From IMG/VR virus record IMGVR_UViG_3300035070_001240, positions 1 to 59,141 of that record: a stretch of 59,141 nucleotides of DNA. One strand, written 5' to 3'. The notes under the pieces are model-generated. The model saw only the letters and a list, made by a program, of their open reading frames with translations, did not search any database and had not been told where the DNA came from. The first letter of the stretch is position 1, and each line of letters starts with the position of its first letter. The position numbers and the translations under genes are program-made. Below are positions 1 to 9,521 of the stretch, one piece after another. The stretch is from a virus (Duplodnaviria; Caudoviricetes).

Positions 1-139
1 ATCCTCTATCTCTACCAGCTAAACCATATCCTGTAAGTCCACCAAGACCAGCCCCTGCTAACGCTGCTGTCGTTCCGGTTAAACCTAAAGCTGGTGGAAA
101 TAAAAATCCTACAGCGGCTGGAGCTAGAGTTTTGATAAT
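1..139. repeat. Terminal overlap copy 1 (matches 59003-59141), circular permutation
   Basis: Direct comparison: 135/139 identical, mismatches at 77, 78, 130, 136. Confidence 0.95.
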
Positions 140-208
140 ACCACCAAGACCGTACTCTTCTACTCCGGTATCTGGATTATAATTTTGACTATAATAATTA
201 TTGTTCAT
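1..208 (-). CDS. 5' part of a wrap-around internal virion/ejection protein (continues 59002 down to 58161, ~349 aa in total)
   Basis: ATG at 208 reads MNNNYYSQNYNPDTGVEEYGLGGIIKTLAPAAVGFLF... and stays in frame across the overlap into the 58161 ORF; Gly/Ala-rich hydrophobic N-terminus. Confidence 0.8.
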   Translation of the reverse strand, partial: MNNNYYSQNYNPDTGVEEYGLGGIIKTLAPAAVGFLFPPALGLTGTTAALAGAGLGGLTGYGLAGRDRG

Positions 209-234
209 TTTTAATTATTCCCTTTTTATATTTA

Positions 235-543
235 TTAATATAAATCATTCCAGCTAGTACCGTCATAACCTTGGTGTTTGTTTGTTAATGTATTAAATCT
301 AATATCACCAGCTTGTGCAGTAACGGATGCTGCCGTATCTCCTACTTTTATTCTTCCATCTACTTGAATACTTTTATTTTGATCAATTAAAACATTAAAG
401 ATATTAAGAGATTCTTTTTCTTCCAATGAACGAACTAGACTTGCCGCCCATCTAATAATTCCATTCCAACCTTCCTCAATTGTTTCTGGAACAATACGAG
501 GAAAGTCTGGATAACGTTGAATATTTCTGTTACCAGTAGACAT
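235..543 (-). CDS. Small tail-associated protein
   Basis: Follows the nozzle gene; C-terminal GDIRFNT...QGYDGTSWNDL resembles tail-fibre/baseplate repeats. Confidence 0.5.
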   Translation of the reverse strand: MSTGNRNIQRYPDFPRIVPETIEEGWNGIIRWAASLVRSLEEKESLNIFNVLIDQNKSIQVDGRIKVGDTAASVTAQAGDIRFNTLTNKHQGYDGTSWNDLY

Positions 544-547
544 TTAC

Positions 548-2413
548 TTAACGTTCCCCGTCTTGAACCATATCTAAACTAATAGTACCAAATCTCCAAC
601 CAGTATTTGCTTTAGTTCCTCTTTCAATTTTAATGATAGCATCTCTTCCTCTTCCACGCATACTAATCTTTTCGGTATTTTGAGATACGTTAAATGGACC
701 TTTATCAGTTTGTGTAGAGGATTGAGGATACTTTTTAAAACTTACTGTAATATTTGCATCACCACCAGTATTAAAGAAATCAAAGTCTGGAATGATACGA
801 TCAACAAATACTAGATTATTTCCAGATGTAGCTTTATCTAAGTCAAATGATCCGCTTTCAACAAAGGAATCAATAGCAGCACCATCACCAGTATACACAT
901 TATCTGGTTCATTATCATAAAGATATGAATCATTACCTGTAGTTAATATTGTATCATATAATTTCTTATCTTCCCATGTAGTCCATTTGGCTTCGCCATA
1001 GCTCCACCAGTTTTCAGCAGGATTATAAGTAACATATTTATTACATTCTGTGCTGCCATTACCAGGATATAACCAAGTTACTTCTGTAAACTCTTTATTA
1101 AATCCGGCAAATACTTTATCAAAGTATGAAGTATTAATATCATCAAAAATATATTGACTGACTGTACAGGGAAGAGCTTTTAATGCACCATCATACATAT
1201 AGAAATCTTTAAAAGACATCCAGAAGGCTCTGCCATCTGCTTCTACCGCTGCATGTAAACCAACAGCTCCACAGTTTGTTCCTAGTTGTTGGAATGAAAA
1301 CACAAATGGAACACCTACATAAGTCATGCTATGAAGAGCGTTATCAGTCCAAACTAGAATTTGGTTACGTGAGTTGATTGCTCCAACAATCTTTGAACCA
1401 TCACCAATTCTTTGTTCACCAGCAGTATTACCAACAGATGTAATCCAGTCGTTATAGTCTTCTTGATTAGACCAACGAATAAGCATTGGATCAAAAACAG
1501 AAGCAAGTGTCATTGTTCCAAAAGCAATAAGATGTCTATCCAATGGAGATACTCGTGCTAAAGTATTTTGTGTTGGACAACTTGTAATAATAGTAGACCT
1601 TTGTCCTGTTCCACCATTTTCATTCCAAATGTAAATAGAACCATTACGTGGACAAGCAATTAAATCTTCACCCCATTGTGACAAGGACCAGTTACGAGGA
1701 AGAACAGCAAATCCTGTACCTACAGAAGCTGGTACACCGTAGCCTTGTCCATTTGCTCTTGGTTCATTCCAAAGATACGTACCATAACCAAGGTCTTCTA
1801 CTTGTGTTTGGCTACCAGCATTTAAAAGAAATTTAAAGTTAGTAGCAGAAGTTCTATTAGAATCAGAGACAGCAGTTGTATTTGTTATAATTTTAAAATA
1901 ACGATTAGTAGAAAGATTAGCAGGAATAGAAGTTCTAAATTGTCCGTCTAAAGAAATACCACCAAGACTATCTCCACCGGAGCTAACAATAACAAAAGTA
2001 TTTTGTGTAAGACCAATTTGAGAAATATCAGGAGTTTGACTTACCCAATCTACTACAATCTTTGTACTTCCTGTACTTGTATACATAATAGGAGAAGTAG
2101 CGGAAGTTGTTGTAGAAGTATTTACAGGAGTAATGTCAAAGATTGCTCCACCATTATAAAGATATAACAGTTGATCAGTACCAAAGGCAGCATATAGATT
2201 ACCAGAAAGAGAAGCCCAGGACGTAATTGTTCTGGCAATTCCGTTATACTGAGTATTTAATTTTTTCTGCCAACCGCGAATGTTTTCTGGTTTACCGTTA
2301 CGAAACCTAATCCGGTTTCCATCATACCAATATCCACCTGTTGTATATTGTGTATTTTCTCGGTTAATACCAGCTTTGAAATCTATAGGTACTCGTTTAG
2401 TATCTGTAGACAT
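548..2413 (-). CDS. Tail nozzle / stabilisation protein (P22 gp10 / T7 gp12-like)
   Basis: 621 aa, beta-rich, IRWSNQED and LVWTDNAL motifs, position in a podovirus tail module. Confidence 0.7.
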   Translation of the reverse strand: MSTDTKRVPIDFKAGINRENTQYTTGGYWYDGNRIRFRNGKPENIRGWQKKLNTQYNGIARTITSWASLSGNLYAAFGTDQLLYLYNGGAIFDITPVNTSTTTSATSPIMYTSTGSTKIVVDWVSQTPDISQIGLTQNTFVIVSSGGDSLGGISLDGQFRTSIPANLSTNRYFKIITNTTAVSDSNRTSATNFKFLLNAGSQTQVEDLGYGTYLWNEPRANGQGYGVPASVGTGFAVLPRNWSLSQWGEDLIACPRNGSIYIWNENGGTGQRSTIITSCPTQNTLARVSPLDRHLIAFGTMTLASVFDPMLIRWSNQEDYNDWITSVGNTAGEQRIGDGSKIVGAINSRNQILVWTDNALHSMTYVGVPFVFSFQQLGTNCGAVGLHAAVEADGRAFWMSFKDFYMYDGALKALPCTVSQYIFDDINTSYFDKVFAGFNKEFTEVTWLYPGNGSTECNKYVTYNPAENWWSYGEAKWTTWEDKKLYDTILTTGNDSYLYDNEPDNVYTGDGAAIDSFVESGSFDLDKATSGNNLVFVDRIIPDFDFFNTGGDANITVSFKKYPQSSTQTDKGPFNVSQNTEKISMRGRGRDAIIKIERGTKANTGWRFGTISLDMVQDGER

Positions 2414-2431
2414 TCCATTCCTTTATTATTC

Positions 2432-2836
2432 TTATGTTCTTTTTTCTTTATTTTTAAATGGAATCTTAGGAGCTTGATAAGCATACAGTCCTGAGTAAAC
2501 AAACGTATCTTTAATTTTACCTTTTACAACTTGTGCTTTTTTCTTTTCGTAATCTACATAATCCATAACTATTGATACAATTTCAATTTGAATAGGATAG
2601 GGAGAAAAAATACATTGTCCAAATTGTACTAGCATTTTAACTACTAAATTAGATTGTTGATAACTAGCTGCATCTGCTTCTGCTATCGCTAACATTGATT
2701 TTTCATCTTTACAGAAAAAATTAATGTATGGAATTTGTCCTACTTTAAAACTTTCTTCAGCCTTTACTTTAAATGTAAAAACACTAATTAATGAAAAAAA
2801 TAAAAATCCAATGAATAACTTTTTAAACTTATTCAT
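2432..2836 (-). CDS. Exported protein with signal peptide
   Basis: Basic N-terminus, hydrophobic stretch, VKA-EE cleavage-like site. Confidence 0.55.
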   Translation of the reverse strand: MNKFKKLFIGFLFFSLISVFTFKVKAEESFKVGQIPYINFFCKDEKSMLAIAEADAASYQQSNLVVKMLVQFGQCIFSPYPIQIEIVSIVMDYVDYEKKKAQVVKGKIKDTFVYSGLYAYQAPKIPFKNKEKRT

Positions 2837-3447
2837 TATTCTTTAGGCCAGTCATTAATTGGCGCATTACCTGTTGGTTTTCTATCTTCATCAACTGGTG
2901 TTACAAATAAAGCTTTGAATTGATCCATTGTTGAACAAGCATTAATGGCTGCTTCAATTTCATTGGCTTTTGCGCGAACAGCAGAACGATATACAGTAAT
3001 TTCATCAGGAACAGTACCACCTGTTTCAGTTGCACGAATTACATACCAATCTGATACAGAAAGTTTTGAGTAACAGGTTTGATTATTTTGATTCTTGTAT
3101 TGAGTCTTTAAACCAGTTTGTACCATTTGTTCGCCAGTGTTAGGATCAATAACTGCATCACCATTTTCATCAACAACAAGAATATCTTCTAAATTCTTGT
3201 CGGTATATTGAGTTACTCCAATCACTTCCGCGCCGTTATCACTAAGATTATTGACAACGCCACCTTCTCTTTGAAAACGAATATCTCCACCCTTTTGAAT
3301 AGAGTAAGGAACAAAACCAATACCACGTAACTCTTCTTTAGACCAAAGCTTAAAGATAGAAGACGGATATTGTGTTCCGTTTACAGTTACACCTCGATTA
3401 CCACGGACAATTCCTACAATCTGTCCATTTTCTACTTTAGCCCACAT
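2836..3447 (-). CDS. Tail fibre assembly chaperone-like protein
   Basis: LSVSDWYVIR...YRSAVR...WP motif pattern; downstream of the fibre genes. Confidence 0.6.
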   Translation of the reverse strand: MWAKVENGQIVGIVRGNRGVTVNGTQYPSSIFKLWSKEELRGIGFVPYSIQKGGDIRFQREGGVVNNLSDNGAEVIGVTQYTDKNLEDILVVDENGDAVIDPNTGEQMVQTGLKTQYKNQNNQTCYSKLSVSDWYVIRATETGGTVPDEITVYRSAVRAKANEIEAAINACSTMDQFKALFVTPVDEDRKPTGNAPINDWPKE

Positions 3448-3449
3448 GA

Positions 3450-3635
3450 TTAATCATCCTTCTTAGTATATTTGTTAATAACATTTTTAACAGTTTCTGT
3501 TTCTAAAATTCTAATTACAACCCAAATTAAAGAAAGTACAGCAGTAATTTCTGGAACCATTTCCAGTATTGCACCAATGGTAACAACACCAGCACTAGCA
3601 TCAATAATTTGTTTTGTTGGTTCTTCTATTTTCAT
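3450..3635 (-). CDS. Small membrane protein (holin-like)
   Basis: 61 aa, hydrophobic core, IRILETETV motif, charged C-terminus. Confidence 0.45.
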   Translation of the reverse strand: MKIEEPTKQIIDASAGVVTIGAILEMVPEITAVLSLIWVVIRILETETVKNVINKYTKKDD

Positions 3636-3638
3636 TTC

Positions 3639-3983
3639 TTATTTAGCTCCTACTGGTGGGTGACTACCGTTATGCATGCTATAAATTTTATCTAAATTTT
3701 TATGAACAACCCTCATTTCAGTTTGTAATTCAGCAATTGCTTTATGGTTTTGTTCTAATTTAGCTGGTGCAAGAATATTTGAAAATACTCCAACTTGATG
3801 TTTAATTACAGCTTGTCCACTTTCTATTTCTTCTAATCTACTTTCTAGTTTACTTACGTAGTTTTGTAGTTGTACTAAATCTTGAATAATTCTAGAAACT
3901 TGAGATTTAACAACTGCAAAAGCACCAGCAAGAGAAGCAAGTAAAGTTACAAACTGAATAAGTTCACGAATACCAAACTCCAT
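3639..3983 (-). CDS. Membrane-anchored coiled-coil protein
   Basis: N-terminal TM helix followed by heptad-like region. Confidence 0.5.
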   Translation of the reverse strand: MEFGIRELIQFVTLLASLAGAFAVVKSQVSRIIQDLVQLQNYVSKLESRLEEIESGQAVIKHQVGVFSNILAPAKLEQNHKAIAELQTEMRVVHKNLDKIYSMHNGSHPPVGAK

Positions 3984-3989
3984 TGTAGT

Positions 3990-6419
3990 TTACCGTGCCC
4001 TCGCCTGCTCAACACCCTCGCCGCCGAATGGATGATCGGCAAATGCGAGGTAGATGAAGGTGCCGCCGGAGCCGTTTAAACCACCTGCGTGCCTTATCTT
4101 AAACCCATTAGCTGTGCCGTCGAGAACCAGAGACGTAGGGCTTGTATTTTCAATATCACTAGTGTCAGCTTGGAGATAAGCTTCCATCGGGTTATATGGG
4201 TCTGACGCTATATTCTTAACAATCCACGAACCCGTAGTATCGGTACGCTTAATCATCAACCAAGCAGGACGGAAGCCACTTGCACCGTCATCAACAACAA
4301 CATACGGCCCATCTGTATTTCCGTTGCCGGTATAGGAACCTATGCCGATTAAGCCGGGGGTACGGGCGAAGCAGTAAGTCAAATATGTACCGCCACTAGC
4401 GTTGTGGATACCGCTGTTGTCTTTAACTGAATAAACAGAAGATGTTGGTGCAGTGTCGTTCCAGTAGTTAGTATCCCCGCTGTCAACAGCAGCAGTGCTG
4501 TTTAGGAACATTGCATCGTGGTTAGTACCGAAATCTTTATGCCAGACCACCCAACCGCCACCTGTGGCACTGTCTGTGCGTTTGTTGATAATCATGTCGG
4601 GTGTTTGGCCTAAACCGTGACCAACCGTACCTGTCGAGCCAACACCGGTATAGGTTCCGATGCTAAAACCACTATGATCAGCAACGTTAACCGTGCTGGT
4701 AATTGAGCCGTCAGTATTTGATGAGCCGGAGCCACCAGCTTTGAGTTGGTAGGCCACAAAGTTTTCTGTGTTGTCGTTGTAACCACCAGCACCAGTACCA
4801 AGCTCAAACCCATCGGCATTGAAAGCAGTTACTCCGTTCGCGTCTGTGCTTTCTGCATTAGTGCTGTCTGAATTAAGTTCTTTGGTAACGCCACGAACAG
4901 CATCAACCCACTTCCATTCATCGGCTTGGTCGCGGTTCTTGATGATGACTAGATCAGGCTGGAACGTGCTGTTGCCCGTCTGCGTAATATCCCGTGAAGC
5001 CGTGGCGTTGCCGGTGTAAAGCGTTGTTTGGAAATATGCGCTTGGATCGGTGATGGTTGGCGCTGGTAGATTTTGGGTGGCAAGCTCTACACTACCTGTG
5101 ACGGTGTAAGTGTGGTCATCAAAATCCACATCGAAATCAAGGACCGCCGAGTTATACGAATTGGCGTAAGCGAACCATATTTTTGATGTGCTGAGTGTAT
5201 AGGTCGCATTACTCTCAGTGCTTGGGTTTCCGGTTGTACCGCCAGAACTATCAAACCATGTATCATTGACCCCGAACCATAATTTGCCGGATGCACCGTC
5301 ATAAACGATCTGACCAATATCGGTGCTGCCCGTGTCAAATCTCGGTGTTAGCGACCCGCCTAATTGCGACGAGTTGTTATATATCCGAGTTAAAGAACCG
5401 CTGTCGTACAGCCCATAATCATCAGCCCCACCAAATCCCGGTGTCGCTGTGTGAGATGTATCGTCAGAGCAAACACCAAAACCTTGAAGCGCCGCTGTGG
5501 TAAGCGGGAACTCTATATAAACTTTGCCAGCGGTCGGAAATGGGATGGTTGATAATGCGCGGCCATGAGCCGCAGAGCTTGTCGATAAGGTGCGGTTGCC
5601 GTTTGAAAATGTACGGTTGCTTGAGGTCGTGCCACCGCCTTGAGACAGAGGATTAAGCGTGGCGCGGTTACTCTTGTCCTCATTATCCATTGGATTGTCA
5701 TTTGTGGCATTGGCACTGGTAATACTATTCAGCGTGAAATCGTTACCGTTCCCGCTGTTGTCGCCCCCAAGATCAGCACTATCCGCAAAGTCGAGCCAGA
5801 AGCCGTTTGATCCGAATGTCAATCCAGAGGGGTCTTTAGGTATCCAAACGCCGTTACTATCAAGCTCTCCAAAATCAGAAGCATCGGTAACATTAGTGCC
5901 ATCCAGCGCGATTACTTCCGCCAGATACCCTTCATAATACTGACCAGCACCGTTCCTGCCGACATACTGGGCCGTGGCGCGAAGCCATCCGCCCATCGTG
6001 CCGCTTTCAGTATTGGTGGCAAAGTCAGTAATTTCGACACCGTCTTTCCACATACGGACATCAGTTGTGTCGTTGAAGGAGATGACCCAGTGTTGCCAAG
6101 CTGTCGTGTCGCGATAAAGCGCCGATGTTTTGACGGACCAATCGTTTCCATCATCTCCAATCGTCTCCATCGCGTCGTTGCTTGAAAAACGGATAAAGTC
6201 TGATTGCGCGGCAGTGGTGATGCCAGCGAGAACGGCACCAAAAGCCGTCAACCCCGAACGCTTCGCCCAAAAGGAAAAGGTGAAATCAGTATTTGACGAT
6301 CCGCTCGAGGGCGTCCAACTAAAATAATCTGCCGAGCCGTCCAACCAGACAGCCCCAGCAGGAACATAGCCGCCAGCACTGCCGCCTGTTAAACTAAAAG
6401 GTACTCTTACGATAGACAT
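3990..6419 (-). CDS. Tail fibre / receptor-binding protein with ConA-like (LamG) and SPRY-like beta domains
   Basis: TFSFWAKR, WQHWVI, YLAEV LamG motifs; repeated YTGNG / PDLVIIK / GTY-Y-AFA units; visibly higher GC than flanks. Confidence 0.75.
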   Translation of the reverse strand: MSIVRVPFSLTGGSAGGYVPAGAVWLDGSADYFSWTPSSGSSNTDFTFSFWAKRSGLTAFGAVLAGITTAAQSDFIRFSSNDAMETIGDDGNDWSVKTSALYRDTTAWQHWVISFNDTTDVRMWKDGVEITDFATNTESGTMGGWLRATAQYVGRNGAGQYYEGYLAEVIALDGTNVTDASDFGELDSNGVWIPKDPSGLTFGSNGFWLDFADSADLGGDNSGNGNDFTLNSITSANATNDNPMDNEDKSNRATLNPLSQGGGTTSSNRTFSNGNRTLSTSSAAHGRALSTIPFPTAGKVYIEFPLTTAALQGFGVCSDDTSHTATPGFGGADDYGLYDSGSLTRIYNNSSQLGGSLTPRFDTGSTDIGQIVYDGASGKLWFGVNDTWFDSSGGTTGNPSTESNATYTLSTSKIWFAYANSYNSAVLDFDVDFDDHTYTVTGSVELATQNLPAPTITDPSAYFQTTLYTGNATASRDITQTGNSTFQPDLVIIKNRDQADEWKWVDAVRGVTKELNSDSTNAESTDANGVTAFNADGFELGTGAGGYNDNTENFVAYQLKAGGSGSSNTDGSITSTVNVADHSGFSIGTYTGVGSTGTVGHGLGQTPDMIINKRTDSATGGGWVVWHKDFGTNHDAMFLNSTAAVDSGDTNYWNDTAPTSSVYSVKDNSGIHNASGGTYLTYCFARTPGLIGIGSYTGNGNTDGPYVVVDDGASGFRPAWLMIKRTDTTGSWIVKNIASDPYNPMEAYLQADTSDIENTSPTSLVLDGTANGFKIRHAGGLNGSGGTFIYLAFADHPFGGEGVEQARAR

Positions 6420-6437
6420 TAATAACTATTCCCTTTT

Positions 6438-7319
6438 TTACTTAAAGTCTGCCTTTAGTTCTGCATCAATTGCTGTTGAAGTACGTACACTATAAGAAAG
6501 AATATCAACAGCGGAAGCAGTTGTAGTAAGAGTTGGAGCAGTCCCACTAGCAAACTTATAAACACTATTATAAGCAAGAGTACGACTACCAGTTCCATCT
6601 TGGTATACATAGATAAGTCCTGTCTGTCCTGGTTGTGCAGGAGTCATTGCTTTTAAAGTACGATTACCGCCTAGAGTTACAACAAAGTTATTTGCGTTGC
6701 TTGAAGAAACTGCAATACAAGCTGCATCTGTAAGAGTAATAATTGTACCTCGTGCTGCACCAGATACGTTTACAACATTATCAAAGTTTGTTACGCTAGT
6801 AAATGTTTTGGAGCCAGTAATTGTTGAATCAGAAGAAGTTTGAACATAACGAGCATCAGCAATTGAAATATCAGGAATTTCAGTTACGCTTGTTCCAATA
6901 TTTCGTGAAGCTCCTGTACCAAAAGCAGATCGTACAGAAACGCCATCACAATACATAATTGCAGCATAACCTTGTGGAACGGCAGTACCGTCTCCACCAG
7001 CACATTTCATTGTAACAGAAAATGCACCAGACGTATTGTTACGTACAAGATACTGTTTTGTTACAGAAGGAATGATGACATCTACACTTGATGTTAGTGT
7101 ACCGTGCAGTTCAAGAATTGCACTACGAGCTTGGTCAACAGAACCATTCTCTACACTAAGAGTTACGCTATCTGCTGCTAAAGCAATTGAGGTATATCCA
7201 GCAACAGCTTGGTCTACAAGTGAAAATACGTTGGAGTTAAGTCGGCTACCCCAAGTATTAGAGTTTTCACCCGTTGCTTGTTTCTCTAGTCGAATACGTG
7301 TGGTATATGTACTAGGCAT
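6438..7319 (-). CDS. Proximal tail fibre / fibre anchor
   Basis: MPSTYT...GENSNTWG N-terminus; C-terminal QDGTGSRTLAY...APTLTTTASAVDILSY domain. Confidence 0.65.
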   Translation of the reverse strand: MPSTYTTRIRLEKQATGENSNTWGSRLNSNVFSLVDQAVAGYTSIALAADSVTLSVENGSVDQARSAILELHGTLTSSVDVIIPSVTKQYLVRNNTSGAFSVTMKCAGGDGTAVPQGYAAIMYCDGVSVRSAFGTGASRNIGTSVTEIPDISIADARYVQTSSDSTITGSKTFTSVTNFDNVVNVSGAARGTIITLTDAACIAVSSSNANNFVVTLGGNRTLKAMTPAQPGQTGLIYVYQDGTGSRTLAYNSVYKFASGTAPTLTTTASAVDILSYSVRTSTAIDAELKADFK

Positions 7320-7321
7320 TT

Positions 7322-7987
7322 TTATCTAGCTCCATCAATTAAAGTATCACCACTTCCTGCGGGTGAAGCTACAGTTTCCATATCGTCTCTGCGATTACGT
7401 CTTGCCTCGTTAACAAGGGTTAGTGAGGCTCGTTGATATTGACCATCCCAAATTTGTGCAGCAGTAAAGTTTTTCATGTAATAACATGCCTCTACCATAG
7501 TAGCATAGAACAATGCATTAGCACAAAAGTTAGTATAGTAATTAGTTTGTTTTCCTGTACTTAAAGTAGAAGGTTGAACAACATACTCTAACTCGACTAC
7601 ACTAGCTGATATAGGAGTTGGTACAATGATAAGTTTATCATTTCTAAATTTGGCATAATATTTAGGAACACCAACAGAAGAACGTACAGGCCAGTAATCT
7701 TCTGTAAATTCTTTTGTACGAAGAAGAAGCGATACACGGCTTCCACTTGAGTTAATGTAATTAACATTCTTTACAATAAGCGTATTGGAAGGCATACTTA
7801 AAAATGGATCAGAAGCAGTAAAGTTACTCGTAGCATATTCAGTTAATCCCTCTGAATCAAGTTCACGAGTTATACGATTTTCTGCCCGTCGAATAAAATC
7901 TGGAATAGCATTTACAAAATCTGTATCATCATTTTCAAGGGTGTCTTGAACTTGTGACACTAAAGTATTATAAGTTAATACTGCCAT
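7322..7987 (-). CDS. Head-tail adaptor-like protein
   Basis: IPDFIRRAENRI, GVPKYYA, ALFYATMVEA motifs. Confidence 0.6.
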   Translation of the reverse strand: MAVLTYNTLVSQVQDTLENDDTDFVNAIPDFIRRAENRITRELDSEGLTEYATSNFTASDPFLSMPSNTLIVKNVNYINSSGSRVSLLLRTKEFTEDYWPVRSSVGVPKYYAKFRNDKLIIVPTPISASVVELEYVVQPSTLSTGKQTNYYTNFCANALFYATMVEACYYMKNFTAAQIWDGQYQRASLTLVNEARRNRRDDMETVASPAGSGDTLIDGAR

Positions 7988-8770
7988 TTACGCTGCCCTT
8001 CTTCTTTCTACTGTCCAGGTTTCCGTTGTACCGCTGCCTAATTCTCTAGTCCAACTTGCACTACCAGTTCCTGGTTCTCTTGTCCAATTTTCTGTTGTTG
8101 CATTTCCACGTTCAATTGACCATAAACCAAATCCAGTAGAAGAATTTACAGTAAAGGTAACCTTTTGTCCTGTTAGAAGTACAAGAGCATTTCCAGTTAC
8201 ACTTACACTTCCTAAACTGTATTTAACTTGTTGGCCTGTAATTGGTACATTAACATCAACAACTGCTGTTGGAGTACCTAGTTCAAAAGTAGCTTGTTGT
8301 CCAGTTATCTCAATAGTAATACTAGCAACAATATCTACACTACCAACAGAGTAAACACTTTCTTGTCCGGTTGGTACTACAGTTGCACCAGCAAAAGTAT
8401 CTACAGTTCCGAGAGAGTAAGTTGCTTCTTGTCCTTGAGGTACAGCGGCATGATCAATAACTACAAGAGGAGTACCAACTCCAAAGATAGCTTGTTGACC
8501 ATCAATGCTAATTAAAGCATCACCAGTTACGTCAACTGTTCCTACAGAATAAGTAGCTTCTTGTCCTGTAATTTCAAAGATAGAACCAATTGTAACTACA
8601 ACTGATCCTAAACTAGATTGTATTTCTCCTACTAAATCAGCTTCACTATAGGCAAAGTCACCATAACCCCAATAACCATACCCTTGTGAATTATTTAAAA
8701 CAACGGTAGCATCCTGAGTATCAATTCCATACCCATAGTAACCATAAGGATTGCTGCCGTAACCAGCCAT
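7988..8770 (-). CDS. Virion structural protein with ~19-aa beta repeats
   Basis: Repeated GQ-x-A-T-Y-S-[VL]-G-[TS]-V units; YG-rich N-terminus. Confidence 0.55.
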   Translation of the reverse strand: MAGYGSNPYGYYGYGIDTQDATVVLNNSQGYGYWGYGDFAYSEADLVGEIQSSLGSVVVTIGSIFEITGQEATYSVGTVDVTGDALISIDGQQAIFGVGTPLVVIDHAAVPQGQEATYSLGTVDTFAGATVVPTGQESVYSVGSVDIVASITIEITGQQATFELGTPTAVVDVNVPITGQQVKYSLGSVSVTGNALVLLTGQKVTFTVNSSTGFGLWSIERGNATTENWTREPGTGSASWTRELGSGTTETWTVERRRAA

Positions 8771-8776
8771 ATATTA

Positions 8777-9199
8777 TTAAGCTAAACGTACAATTGCAGT
8801 TGTAGCACCAGCGGCAGGGAATTGAACAGTAAACGTACCGTTTGTTGCTGTCTTATCACCACCAAAGTCTACAACAGCTACAGTCTTATTTGACTGTGAT
8901 GAGTTATAAATTAGACAACCACGAGCCGTAAAGGTTGCACTTGTCCAAGATACATCTGCAAAGTCTACAATTGCTACACTACCATCTACAGTAACGTTAG
9001 TAACTGAAAGTGCTTCACCACCAGTTGTATAGCCATTACCATTGGCAATTTCAGCCGATGTAATATAAACAGATGTGCCATTACTTAATGAAGCTACACT
9101 GGAATAAAGAGCAATCTTAAATGTTGCACTTGTAAAATCATGTACAGCTTTAAGACTATCTTCTTTAAACCGAATAGCAATTCCAGATGAAATAGCCAT
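8777..9199 (-). CDS. Virion structural protein
   Basis: FKIALY...GYTTGG...DFGGDKT...FTVQFP motifs common in phage structural modules. Confidence 0.55.
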   Translation of the reverse strand: MAISSGIAIRFKEDSLKAVHDFTSATFKIALYSSVASLSNGTSVYITSAEIANGNGYTTGGEALSVTNVTVDGSVAIVDFADVSWTSATFTARGCLIYNSSQSNKTVAVVDFGGDKTATNGTFTVQFPAAGATTAIVRLA

Positions 9200-9226
9200 T
9201 TTTATTTATTCCCTTTTTCTTATCTT

Positions 9227-9517
9227 TTATGATGTTGTAAACATTGTAATACTTGTTGGAACATAGGTTGTCATACTAGGTTGCCAAGTTGCATCTCCAG
9301 TTGTTGCTAGAACTGTATCTGGACGAGCATCTTTTAAAACAATAAAATCAGAAATCCTTGGTGACTTGTTTTGTGGATGGTTTACTCTATCAAATTGTCC
9401 ATCAGATTCATTAGGACCAACTAACGTACCATCTGTTTCTTTTACTCTATCAGCGTACCGATAACGAAATCCACTTCTATCAGAAATAAACCAAGATTGT
9501 ATTCTTCTTCCTGCCAT
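9227..9517 (-). CDS. Hypothetical late protein
   Basis: SDRSGFRY...HPQ...ARPD pattern; tight operon packing. Confidence 0.5.
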   Translation of the reverse strand: MAGRRIQSWFISDRSGFRYRYADRVKETDGTLVGPNESDGQFDRVNHPQNKSPRISDFIVLKDARPDTVLATTGDATWQPSMTTYVPTSITMFTTS

Positions 9518-9521
9518 TGTT

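Noticed and set aside
1-139. Physical terminal repeat or DGR template/variable pair
   Set aside because: It lies mid-gene, typical of assembly circularity; changes are not all at adenines and no reverse transcriptase is present.
4610-6327. Alternative-frame and antisense ORFs within the fibre gene (and similar ones across the window)
   Set aside because: Shadows of longer genes with no SD or recognisable motifs; more frequent where GC is higher.
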